From NCBI GenBank assembly GCA_964106915.2, contig OZ066914.1: DNA of 64,000 nt; one strand, written 5' to 3'. This stretch comes from Podarcis gaigeae. Lineage: Eukaryota. A program made the translations under genes and the position numbers. Shown here piece by piece: positions 27,465 to 39,042 of this stretch; position 1 is the stretch's first letter; every line of letters begins with the position of its first letter. The notes beneath the pieces are model-generated. The model was not told the origin of the DNA and did no database searches. It saw only the letters and a program-made list of their open reading frames with translations.

Positions 27465-28775
27465 CTAAAAGAGTTTAATGTAAATAATTATTAGAAAAAG
27501 ACAAATGAAACACATTATCACTTTGGAAGCCACAGCTATTTTACACCTCCTAGACAATGCTGCATTTCCTTGCAATAATAACAAAAGAAGCTAATTATCT
27601 ACACTCCTTGAAGATTCAATGAAAGGAAAACCTCATTAATTTCTCTGTGCTATGCCTCTATTTACATTAACTATAGAGCTGGATCATTCTTTTTGGCAAA
27701 TTAAAATTTGAATTAGCTCGCATTACTGCCTAATTTCCTAATGTGTTTTCTGAGATCTAAATTAACCCAGGGCATTTACAAAGAATTATTTAAGAAAAAT
27801 TCTAGCAGCTCAGTTGTGTTGCTTTACTGGGCCTATTTGAAAAGTTATTGGAACTGCAAAACAGACTGTATATATGTGTGTGAATGGTGGGGTTATGGGT
27901 AAAATTAAACAGGAAAATATACTTAATACCTTAAACATTTATATTTGTTTACGCCTAGGTATCCTTGACTTTGTTTTTGTTTTTTGTACAAGACTTTTTG
28001 GTCACAATATCTTTGTGAAACATTTCTGCAACCCCCCCCCCCTAAAAATCTGGAGAGAGGGGGGAGAGAGGTTGTAACAGCAGTTTATTTTCCAGCATAA
28101 CCCTAACATGATGAAATTCTCACACCCTGATCCAACAGCATTAGCAGGCACTAGAATTCACAAAGCTAAAGCAAGCACCCTGTTACTACTATTGGATGGA
28201 ATTTGATTGTTATTTAAATTAAAATAGGATCTAAGCAACATAGCTATATCTTGCTTGCCATCTGAACACATCTAGTATTATTGGTACTTGACTGTGATTT
28301 TTTTCACCGGGCCTCAAGAGCTCAGGCCAGGGCCTTTTGAATGCAGTACTCTGAGCCACCAGACATACAACCTTCAAAAATCATGCATGACACTGCTGTA
28401 CGATGCAAAGGCTAAAAAAAAAAAAGGCAATAGCAATTACTGCCACGATAGCACTGCTGAAGCATTTGCCCCACTGTAGGGCAAATGGATTTTAATGCCA
28501 GAATCTATGTGGTATGTCTTACAGCAATAGAGTGCAAGATCAAGTTATTAGCTATGGATCAGATTGGAAAGTTTTAAGGAATTCTTTTACAATCTGCAGT
28601 ATTGTCTATAGCTAGACAACATGATGAATGAAAAAGAAGATATACTGTATTGTGATCTTAGAATTCAACAGGCTATGCAGAGCAAGGCTTATCAATATGT
28701 TTACAGTTTTCATTAAACCTCCCATTCTTATCTTGTGCATCATACAGCTTGACATAGTTCAAGTGGAACTAGATA

Positions 28776-29025
28776 CAGTCGTGCCTTGTTTTTCGAACAG
28801 CATAGTTCTTGAATGTTTTGGCTCCTGAACGCCACAAACCCAGAAGTGAGTGTTCCCGTTTGCGAACTATTTTTGGAAGCCGAATGTCCGACGGACCTTC
28901 CGTGGCTTCCAATTGGCTGCAGGAGCTTCCTGCAGCCAATCAGAAGTTGTGCTTTGGTTTCCGAATGTTTTGGAAGTCAAACGGACTTCCGGAAAGGATT
29001 CCATTCAACTTCCAAGGTACGACTG
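28776..29025. mobile_element. Tigger/pogo-like MITE (250 bp)
   Basis: TIR cagtcgtgccttg / caaggtacgactg, TA TSD, internal palindrome attggctgcaggagcttcctgcagccaat. Confidence 0.88.
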
Positions 29026-29956
29026 TATTATATTATTGTTAAATATTACAAAGGTCAGACTATACTTTGGGGATGTGTTTTACAGCACTTTTAAAAAAAC
29101 ACTAATGTGTCAGTCTCTAATTTATGGCATGCATGTAAATCTAGACAAGGGAAATATAAATTTGGTACTGATATAAGCAGATCCATAGTCATATAATTAT
29201 AACTATCAGGTATTCACTCGCTTTGTGGTGTCTTTTGTACAAGTGAAATGAGGGGAGATTGGGCTGCAGGAACTCACATAGCAAAAATCGGTGCACATCT
29301 ACTCTTATGAAACATCTAACTTCTGGAAAAAGAAAAATCTAAGAAACTTGTTCTTTTGATCTAGCACTCCCCTTTACAATGCAACCTCACCCTGTTCATT
29401 GGAGAGTTTGTACCCTGTGTTGAACTTGTTAGCAATCAGCCAGGCACAGCATTTTTGGAATAGCAGAATACTGATTTTCTGTAATTAAAATGAAAAGAGC
29501 CTGGTAACATGGCTCTCTCATTTAAAATATGCCCAAAGCTGAGATATGCTAGATATAAGGGTGCATCATCTATATTTTAGCAGACAGCACTGAACACTTC
29601 AAAGCTTAGAAATATATGAAAGGATACAATAATGCAGTCCATTATCTTATCATTGCCATTCTTCTTGCTGTCAAGTAGAGATTCTGCATGGTACAACTTG
29701 TCATATATAATGTATTAAATCGCCCAATGCAACAAATAAGTAACTATTTATAATACTGCACTTACTCTACAGTTTATGTTATTTCTAGGCCATTGCTATA
29801 TAGGCACCCTCTTTATTTGTAGAAGTCACATAAAATATAGCTTTTTCCTCAGTTAGTCTGAAGGAGACAGTAATATGAGAAAGCTTTGAGGACAATGACA
29901 TTAAGAACCTATTAAACATATCCTTATCACTGATGTTTTGGGGGGTTGGCTGTGTC

Positions 29957-29979
29957 TAATAATAATAATAATAATAATA

Positions 29980-30015
<36 letters not shown>
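29957..30015. repeat. (TAA)n(TTA)n head-to-head microsatellite
   Basis: Direct reading, centre between 29980 and 29981. Confidence 0.95.
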
Positions 30016-30403
30016 TATATCTAGCCCACCCACCTTGCTGGGTTGCCCCAGCCACTCAGTCCTCAAAGTCCACACATACAAAGATCTCAAGCCCATCATG
30101 GATCTCATCCTTGTCCACATGGCTAAAGGAGGTGATGGTGGAATTAAAATCTCAGCTTCCCATGCTGAATGTGGAATTGATAATGTGATGTGAAACAGGT
30201 ATCCACCATTTCCCAGGACCCTGGCTACTGTCCTGCTGATGCACTATCACATTCACCCAGAACTGTGGGCTCCCTGCAACTGTGTTCAAGGACAGTGTGA
30301 AAGTGTTCTCATCTCCCCTTGAAGAACTAGCCTGGAAGTTGTGGTATCTGCTACCTGGTCCTGTGGAATTTGCATCTGTTTCTGTTAAAAATTTACAGTG
30401 ATA

Positions 30404-30545
30404 GGGACACAGGATGCTGCCTTATACTGAGTCAGGCCATTGGCCCATCTAATCAGTATTGGCTGTAGCTGTCCAGGGTTTCAGGTGGGGTCATCCCCAG
30501 CCTCACCAGGGATAGAGCCTGGGACGTTCTGCAGTCCAACATACT
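30404..30545 (-). mobile_element. tRNA-derived squamate SINE (same family as 22201)
   Basis: gctgccttatactgagtcaggccattggcccatcta ... cctggga..ttctgca is the reverse complement of the family body and head. Confidence 0.65.
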
Positions 30546-32457
30546 TTGCTTTTTCGAACAAAGGATAAGATCCCACCTCCATTCTATCAACAGAAGCTAG
30601 CTAACTGGACTGGCAGCTGAATCCGCTAAGGGTGGAATAATGTCTTCCACTGCACCCGAAGGAAGTTTTGGGGTGCAAGGCTGGTTATGTGGCACACTCA
30701 GCTCTGGCCTATAACACCTTGACACTGTTTGGTCACTGCCTGCCTGCTGCTTGCTTGTTACCCATTTAAACGACTATAGCAATGCAATTGTAGTGGCAAC
30801 AGGATGTGTCAAATCAGCAAAGCAAAGGATGAGTGCCACCTCTGGCACATTGGAAAAAGAAAATGAGGTGAGGCAAGACAGACAGACTGCAGTGGTCAAG
30901 AGCAAGCAAGCATTGCTGCTTCAGGAGAACCGGCTCAGGAGGGTAGGAACAGCCAGGAGGTTGCCATCACCATGTCTAGCACCTACTGCCTCACTCTGCT
31001 CAATGGTAGGGGTGGCTCTATTCATACAATCCCAACATGTTTGAAATAGCAGTTTCAAATCATAGAAATGAAGGAATGAACGGAACCTGCAGATCATTCA
31101 GGCAACTCATCTGCTGTGAACCAGCATCCTCAGTGCCACTCACGCACAGAGGATCCATGCAGCACAGAGCGGCTGCCTTGTTTTCTTTTATGCTGGGAAT
31201 CATGCAACACAAACAATGGGGAATTCCATTTCTGAATTAAGGCCGGTTATTAGTGTCTGAGGTTAAAGGGGGCATACTGCACTTTCAGCCAATAATATTT
31301 TATACTTTTAATTGTATAAGCATATTATTATCTCTGTTTCACTTTGTTAAAAATCTTTTTGCTATATTTCTTAAGGAAGGATGGCTGGTGTGGGAAATAG
31401 GCCTAAAGCAAACAAACAAATAATTTCCAGCTGCCTACAGAAAGCTGGAAAGGAGGCAGTTTAGTCATTGCATGCTGCTGCCAAGTATCACACTGCAGCT
31501 TCCTAGTTCTCTAAGCAAGTGACAATTAAGTATGCATGAGCTTTTGACAATACATCAAAACCAAATAGAAGCACGCCAAATACCAGCAACAGTGTGCTAT
31601 CAACAAGGGTCCAATCAATCTGAAGTCATGGCTTTTTTTCTCTCCCAATCAATTGGCAGTGATGGTCTTTCCCCCCCTCCAGCCATCCTCCTTTAATTTT
31701 TATTTTTATCTGGGGCTTCTTTAAATGAAACGATCTAATTTGTAAAATAAGAAGGGGAGTGGTTTTGCTTGCCATTTTACATAGTTAAGGCTAGTTCTTG
31801 TTAAACCATTTGGCATGACTGCCAGTCTTTTCATGCAATACTAGTAAGATTTACGCAATCACTATCGTATTACACATCACATGTTCCAGATGCGCTGCCC
31901 AAGTTATGTCAAACATAGGACTTAACAGAGCAGATACACCCCTGGCTCATACACCTCCTCAATCACAGGGATTTTTCATGCTGCTCATGCCTAGGAATGA
32001 AAAAGGTGAATCCACATTGGATTTTCAGTCTCGTCTCATGCATGCTTACTTGAGAACACCAATATAAATATAAAATAAGAAACTCTGGAACTGACGAGTG
32101 ATAAATTTTAATAGTTGAAAGCAGTGTAGAATATATTTAAAAACTAGGTTATAACTTATCCTGAAATAACAGTATCTCCAGTCACATGAACGGCTGGTGA
32201 ATCTTGACATTCAAAATAACAGTGAACTGGAAAAGAGTCACAACCAAAGGCCCTTGGCAAGACTGGGGTCTCCAGACTCGCCATATACCTTGTAAACAAG
32301 TACATAGCAGCATGATTGTTATATGTGGCGGGCAGAGTTCACAGGGTCAAAAGGTCTGACCCTGGAGAGCTGAAATACCACCAGATTTGCTTGTTTGAAA
32401 TTATTATATTGCATTGTATCAGTGGGAGTATTCACGAAAGGAAACTTAAAGAAATAC

Positions 32458-32607
32458 CTTAACTTGAGTTATAGGGCTGGTCCCTCTCTTTTCATTTTTC
32501 ATCCCAGTAGGTGAAAGTGCCCCTGTTGTGTTTGGCGGCTGAGGGGTGGAGGGCATCTTTGCTCCAGGCGAAACCTGCATGCTGGCCAATTGAGCGGCAT
32601 AGAGTTG
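32458..32607 (-). CDS. SOX6: SOX6 internal coding exon B (150 bp): [50 protein letters not shown]
   Basis: SOX6-type peptide, partly visible in ORF 32446..32745. Acceptor ttttgcAG, donor GTattt. 50 codons, phase 0/0. Confidence 0.97.
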
Positions 32608-33254
32608 CTGCAAAACAAGAATAACTCTTCTCCTTAGGATTATCTGCTTCAGCACTTTATAAACGATAGCTGAAATATTCTGAGGCCCTAGGGGTGTGGT
32701 AACAGAGAATCTCCCATTTTCCTGGCAGGCACTGGACAATGTCATTCAAGACTTCTAGGTTAAGGCCTGAATGGCAACTTAATGGAGAAAGTGGTTAGCT
32801 GTCTTGAATATAAAGCACATCCCAAAACCCCATCAAATATATTTAAAATTGGAGTGCAAGTAACTATCATGCAATATTATAGTAATCTGCACATATTTCT
32901 TTTGTTTAACACCCTGTTGTTTTTCATTGACATGAGGCAGTCAACAGATTTTATATTTTACCTGTAAGTACAATTTACATGTCAAATATATTTTAGTGCT
33001 AATTTGAATAGAAGCGTAAATTCCTACTTGTAAAGGTGAGTATAACTCTTCCTAAAACATTATATGGTATTTTCTGAACAAATCTTAGGTAAGTTCAATT
33101 TCTCTCTAGCAACCAACCTTAAAACCTCACCTTGAATTAGCAGTAGCAATAGTTCTACCACTATAAACAGGGAAGATCCTATTCCCTCTTTAACAAGTAA
33201 ATCTGTATAAAATTTGCCTTATTAGTGGAAAAAAACCAGGTGGTTTGTATGTAA

Positions 33255-33394
33255 NNNNNNNNNNNNNNNNNNNNNNNNNNNNNNNNNNNNNNNNNNNNNN
33301 NNNNNNNNNNNNNNNNNNNNNNNNNNNNNNNNNNNNNNNNNNNNNNNNNNNNNNNNNNNNNNNNNNNNNNNNNNNNNNNNNNNNNNNNNNNNNN
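33255..33394. other. Assembly gap (N run)
   Basis: 140 Ns. Confidence 1.
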
Positions 33395-35394
33395 GCTTTC
33401 TTTGGAGCACTTTTTCTAATATAACAAGCCTCCAAAGAAATGAAAGTTACACAATACTGCACATGCTCTATGACTCAGTGGCTAGACAAATGCATGCAGA
33501 GTCAGTACTTTAGTTTTTCAACAGAGAAAAAATAATAGTTTTCTGTTTGTCTATAGTACTCAACCCACTGGACTGTGGGGGGAAACCCATTCACATCCAG
33601 AGGTATTACTTCCATATATCACCTGAAGGGCAAGACCAACCTATTCCACTCCACTGCTATGTCACACAATCCCCAAACAAACAGGACACAAGCTTTAAGA
33701 TTCTGCTGAAATTAAATATTTAGGATGAATGCTGTGGTTTTTGCTCCTTTGTTTGAACTCTTGATTTCACAACTCTTCTTTATGTACTGAGTAATTACTT
33801 GTTCTGCTGCTGGAGCTGGTATCTTATCAACACCCCCTTGGCTATGGTACATAAACTAACATGCTCATTCTTAGGATCATTCCTTTTAGTGGGCTATTTA
33901 ATTGTGCACTAGCAGTTGGGAACTGTTGCAGAAGTTTTTGTATATGATAGATGCATTTCCTGTGCAAATTTGATTAGATTATTAAAGCAGAGTGATGACA
34001 ACAGAACAAAACAACTGGGGAAGAAAAGGAATCTAGGGGTTTTTTTGTTTTTTGTTTTTATTAAGGGTTTTCTTGTTTTACAGAGGTAAGTGTAATGCCT
34101 CGTATGTTTGTTAGTTAGCAAGGTCTATCTGAACATTTATACCCCAACTTTCTTCACATAGTTCACATTACTGTATTTGTCCATCAATTTGTCCCATTTC
34201 AACTTGGGACTTCTTACCATGTCCCAGGAAACAGACCAGAATCCCCCCCCCCCAATGGTGGGTCCAGTTTCTTCAACTTGTACTCTGCAACAGATAGCCC
34301 ATTTGGAAGACCTGACATTTTCAAGTCCAGAGACACAGTTAGGATAGACAGAGAAGAGAATGTACACTACCGAGTATTCAATTATCCCTATTCCAGCTCC
34401 AGGCAAATTCATTCAAGGATGTCAGCAAGGCAACTGGGACATTCTTAGTCCAAAGGCATTCCTTTTCAGAGGTAATACATCCACAAAGTAAGAAAGTACA
34501 TCAATCATATTGAGCATAGACACTCCAATGGGTACAAGTCTAGAATAGTACTGTGTGGAGTCTCCACTTAGAAGCAGCTTACATTCATGTGACCCAGTTT
34601 TCCTATAACTAACATCAGGCAAACACTGAAGCGCTAAAGCATCCCATAATTTCTCTGACATTTCATAACCTTACCAAAAGGGGTATCTGGCTATTGTATA
34701 AAGATGACTCAATTTATATATGCTGCTGCAGTTATTAAAGAATGTGATCATGTTGGCCACTGCCTCTAAACCTAGTTTCAGAGCCTGGAACTGTGTTATA
34801 GTGGTACATATTGAAGTTCAGGAGTTTACCATGACAACCTTCATAACCACACTTTAAAGGAGAATTCCAAAAAATTGATTTATTATAACTTTTCCCGCTT
34901 ACAGGCACTCCCTCTGAAACAGGAGCATACACAATATATGTACTGTGAACAGCCCTGTGATCTTCAGCTGAAGGGTGGTATATACATTTAATAATACATA
35001 GTAAAAAATTATTAGGATCAGCTGACAGTCATAGAATAGGATACTAGCAAACAGTGGTGCACAGGTGAGCACACTGGACGTTAGCTGAAATCTTGGTTCG
35101 TATCCCTAATTAGCCACAAAGGCTGGTGAGTTCACATGGCTGAAGACTAGCATATCTCACAGGGTTATTATTATGGAAATAAAGTGGGGTACTCGCATCC
35201 CGCCCTGAACTCAACTTGCTCCACCAGGTGATATCATTGCTCCTGCCAAAAAAATGTCCTACAACAATACTTCCCTGTGCTTCACCTCCACTATACCACT
35301 GCTGAAGTACTGGTCCCAGCTTATTAAATCTAGTTCTGAGAATATTACTTTAACTGCTCATTTAAAAACCTGTAACACATTTAGAAAACCGTTG

Positions 35395-35902
35395 AAGCCA
35401 TGGGCAACAGCAGCGCGGCGTATGCTCCAGCTGTGTGGGGCATGGAGAGAGCCCACTGCTCCTGGCTGGGTGTGAAAATGCTGCCTTGGCGGCATCCTGA
35501 CACGGTGTCACCCAGCTGCGGAGAGGGGTGGCAGTGCTGCTGCTGCCTCTCCTTTCTCTGCCCTGCCCTGGCAGACTTGACTCAGGAGTGGAGCTGCCGG
35601 CTGCGGCCTGGCCACTCATCAGGGAGCAAGTGTTGGGCAGCTGGAGGGGGAAGAGCACCCTCTGCATTTTGCCAGCCCCCGCCCGTACAAGAGTGTCTGC
35701 TCATCGGGGGGTGAGGCACAGATGCTCTTCACACTCTGCTCACCCCGCCCTTGCGCCAGCAGGGACAGGGAGGGTGCTGCTCTTAAACCTCCACACCCAG
35801 TTGTGCAATGGGGATCTCTACAGGGGCACCTGGTTCATGTCTCCCTCCCCACTGTGCACCTGGGGCAGCGGGCCCCCTGCCACCTCCCACGCTATTGCCA
35901 GT
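35395..35902. mobile_element. GC-rich insertion, probable non-autonomous hAT-like element
   Basis: Abrupt GC-rich block in AT-rich intron ending ...cacgctattgccagtg. The ORFs over it are low-complexity, and no TSD was established. Confidence 0.45.
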
Positions 35903-36164
35903 GATGAGCTGGAAATAAATTTGAATGGGAAACAATAATTTTAAAAACTTGTTTACCCCAAACTTTGGAAAGTGGATACTTTAACAGGAATATTTGAAAT
36001 GCTAGCTTTGTAGCTCTTGACTAATGACGAAAAAAATAAATAATATATTTTAAATAAAATATTAACAGAGTCCAAAATCATGAATTTTAAGATGCGTTAT
36101 TCAGTCACCACAGAAATCCATGCATCACAACAGCTCTTTTCAGTCAAGTTATAAATTTAAAATA

Positions 36165-36390
36165 CAGTGGTACCTCGGGTTACATATGCTTCAGGTTACA
36201 CACTCTGCTAACCCAGAAATATTACCTCAGGTTAAGAACTTTGCTTCAGGATGAGAACAGAAATCGTGCTCTGGCGGTGCGGCAGCAGCAGGAGGCCCCA
36301 TTAGCTAAAGTGGTGCTTCAGGTTAAGAACAGTTTCAGGTTAAGTACAGACCTCCGGAACGAATTAAGTACTTAACCTGAGGTACCACTG
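36165..36390 (+). mobile_element. Tigger/pogo-like MITE (226 bp)
   Basis: TIR cagtggtacctcgggtta / taacctgaggtaccactg, TA TSD, internal caggttaagaac repeats. Strand is given relative to the 48639 copy. Confidence 0.92.
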
Positions 36391-37719
36391 TAGCTCTAAA
36401 TGTTACTGCCACTTTTTTACGCTGGCTCACAAAAGGATACGGTTGAAGCAATAATGTTTTAAGACTAGTTCAAAACGAAAACATGACTCTGCTTCCTTTG
36501 TTGCTCCAGAAACTGAAGCCAAATCAGCTGCATGGAGAATGAAATGGAAGACAGCATCCTAAACCAAACTTGGATCTACTACATTGAGCCAGCAGACATA
36601 GGGTACAAGCGATATGCAGAAAAAAATTAAGGTTAAAGCTAAGAAAGTGAGAGAGAAAGGAAATGATTGGACTGAGTTCCATCACTATAGCTGAGGATGG
36701 GAAATTTGAATTTAATGTTGATGCTAGTAATGAATGAAAGCCAGGTCAAAGTTCCAATGGTCAGGTACAAGGGGGAATATGGGGTGGGGTGGGGGTGCAA
36801 GGGAAGAATCTGAGATACAGAACTCAGAAGAAGAAGTAGCAGAAAAATAAAATGAGAAACTGGGAGATGCTGATCAATATGGTTGACATCAAATCATCAA
36901 TACGAGGAAAAATAAAAAGCAAGATTTTTCAAATGCAACCAGATTGTAGTTCAAAAAAACAGCAAAAGAGATTCACCATTGCTGCCACCACAGCAGCAAT
37001 AGTGGGCAATGCAATCCTTGGAGGCCAAATTTGTTGCCCCTGCGGATTCTGCCATCCAAGGTGGTCGCCTCACCTTGCCTTATGGGTGGACCCCTCCCTG
37101 CTTGAATGCAACATAGGCTATTCTCATTTTGGCTAACAACCCAATTATGGCAAAGACATTCCTTTTATGATCTTCACTGATAATCATTGCCTAGAGGTTG
37201 ATGGTGGACACATTGATGAGTTGACTGTTGGAACCTTATACCAATTATCTAACCTTTGCAGTGGCTCCATTTAATCTTCAGGAATAATGTACTTGTTTTG
37301 ACATATGAATTGCTGTGCATGAGACTTGTACTTATTTCTCCCTCATGTCCTCTGCTGCTATGTCTGAGAAAAGACATATCAAAGTAGCCTTTGCAAAGCC
37401 TTTGCATTGGCTTTCATTTTCTACAGTTAAGTCAGTATTTGGGTAGGAGGCCAGGTTCTTTCTATGCTTCATATGTTCTTCAACCAGAATTTCGCTGGAC
37501 ATACTACTACCGTTGATGATACTGGAAATATCAAGAATGTTGTAAGGCCGGGATTAAAACAGTCATTGAACTACTTTCATAAAATAGATGATTTGGACTT
37601 GCTTTTTCTGAACTGCAGCAATCCATTGCTAAACTGCTTTTCAAACCAATGGGTGGATCAAAAGCAGTCTGTGATATAGAATCAGGTAGGTATTCATGTT
37701 GGTCTGACACAGTAGGAAA

Positions 37720-37720
<1 letters not shown>

Positions 37721-37759
<39 letters not shown>
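37721..37759. repeat. (TG)n microsatellite
   Basis: Direct reading. Confidence 0.95.
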
Positions 37760-37761
<2 letters not shown>

Positions 37762-37833
37762 TCCAGTAGCAACTTAGAGACCAACTACGTTTGTTCTTGG
37801 TATGAGCTTTCACACTTCTAAGATGCTACTGGA
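37762..37833. mobile_element. Collapsed Penelope-like inverted terminal remnant (same family as 46902)
   Basis: tccagtagca...agaccaacta..tttgttcttggtatgagctttc-acacttct...tgctactgga, with inverted ends and shared sequence with 46899-46960. Confidence 0.75.
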
Positions 37834-38921
37834 CAATTTTATTATTTGTTATATATATTTCTACTGTGATATAGAATGTTGGTCAGCTATTCAATGGCTC
37901 TTCCCATGTGAGCCTGAGCAGCTCTTTTGAGCCTAGTTTTATCAGATGCATAACTGCATCATACTGGTCTCTATACTACTGAACTCTCTGAGAATTAACA
38001 GGGCAGAAAGCAGAGTCCACAAAAGCTTAGGTGACTTAAAAGGAAATAGAAGGGATGCCAAGTGAGCCATCAGCAACTTAACCATGTGATAAACCCAGAG
38101 GCAACTCCAAAGCTGCTATGCCACTGCCTATGGAATCTGCCAAGGAACCAGATGCTCTTGCTAGAAAAAATATCTTCCATGGCTCGGCATCTGGATCTTT
38201 TGAGGAAGAACAGGATAAATTGCATTCACAATTGTATACATGTATTAAAGCACAACACACACTTTTTAAAGTTCATAATTGAATTAAATTACACATTCAC
38301 TGTTTCAAAATGAATATGATATGAAGTGGGGTGCGAATATGATGTAGCAAGTTTTAGGTTAGGGGGTTTTAAGTACACATTTTCTTTCATTTAACAGCTC
38401 ATTTGCACAGATGTTACCTGTTACAAATGTGTATATTATAAATGCCAGTGTTTCTATATTGAAAACCATATTGCAACAAAACCACGACCAACTTTTTAGG
38501 TCTCAGAAGGATTTTCTTGGCTAAATATAAATATTATCTTAATAAATTGAAAAGTTAATATACCTTTTAAAGAATAGAAATGTTATTGGCCAAACCCCCA
38601 GCTCATTAACACATGCCCTACTCAATTAATCTAAAAGACTTAATATCCTGATCGTTTATAGTATTCAACTTTAACTTAGCTCAAATATTAATGAGTGTCA
38701 TGGAATGAAACTGAATCTGAATAAGGCAGCCTATATACAGAGTGGATGGGAGGCTATTACAGTAGTTAAAATATTTCTAGACTATAGCAAGTAATATTTG
38801 CTAAACATGTTAACATTTTAATGGACAGGTTTTCACAGTTAATTTTCTCTCTCCATGCAATGTTATCCAAGGATGAGCTTGCGCTAAGTTCTAATAGATA
38901 CAGATACTTCTTCTCAGGAGT

Positions 38922-39042
38922 TCATAGATTCATAGAATCATAGAGTTGGAAGGGACCCTGAGCATCATCTAGTCCAACCCATATACGCAGGGATCAAACC
39001 TATAACCTTGGCATTATCAGCACCAGGCTCTAAGCTATCTGG
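38922..39042 (-). mobile_element. tRNA-Ile-like-derived SINE with CR1-type 3' tail
   Basis: Minus strand reads tagcttagagcctggtgctgataatgccaaggttataggtttgatccctg (tRNA-Ile-like), then ggttggactagatgatgctcagggtcccttccaactctatgattctatga (CR1 tail with 8-mer repeats). Confidence 0.78.

Noticed and set aside
34137-34932. Three consecutive minus-strand ORFs suggesting a decayed gene or retroelement
   Set aside because: I could not recognise any protein motif or splice structure. A translated search would be needed.
35362-35938. GC-rich ORFs of 101-136 aa
   Set aside because: Coincide with a GC-rich repeat-like insert and have no coding signature.
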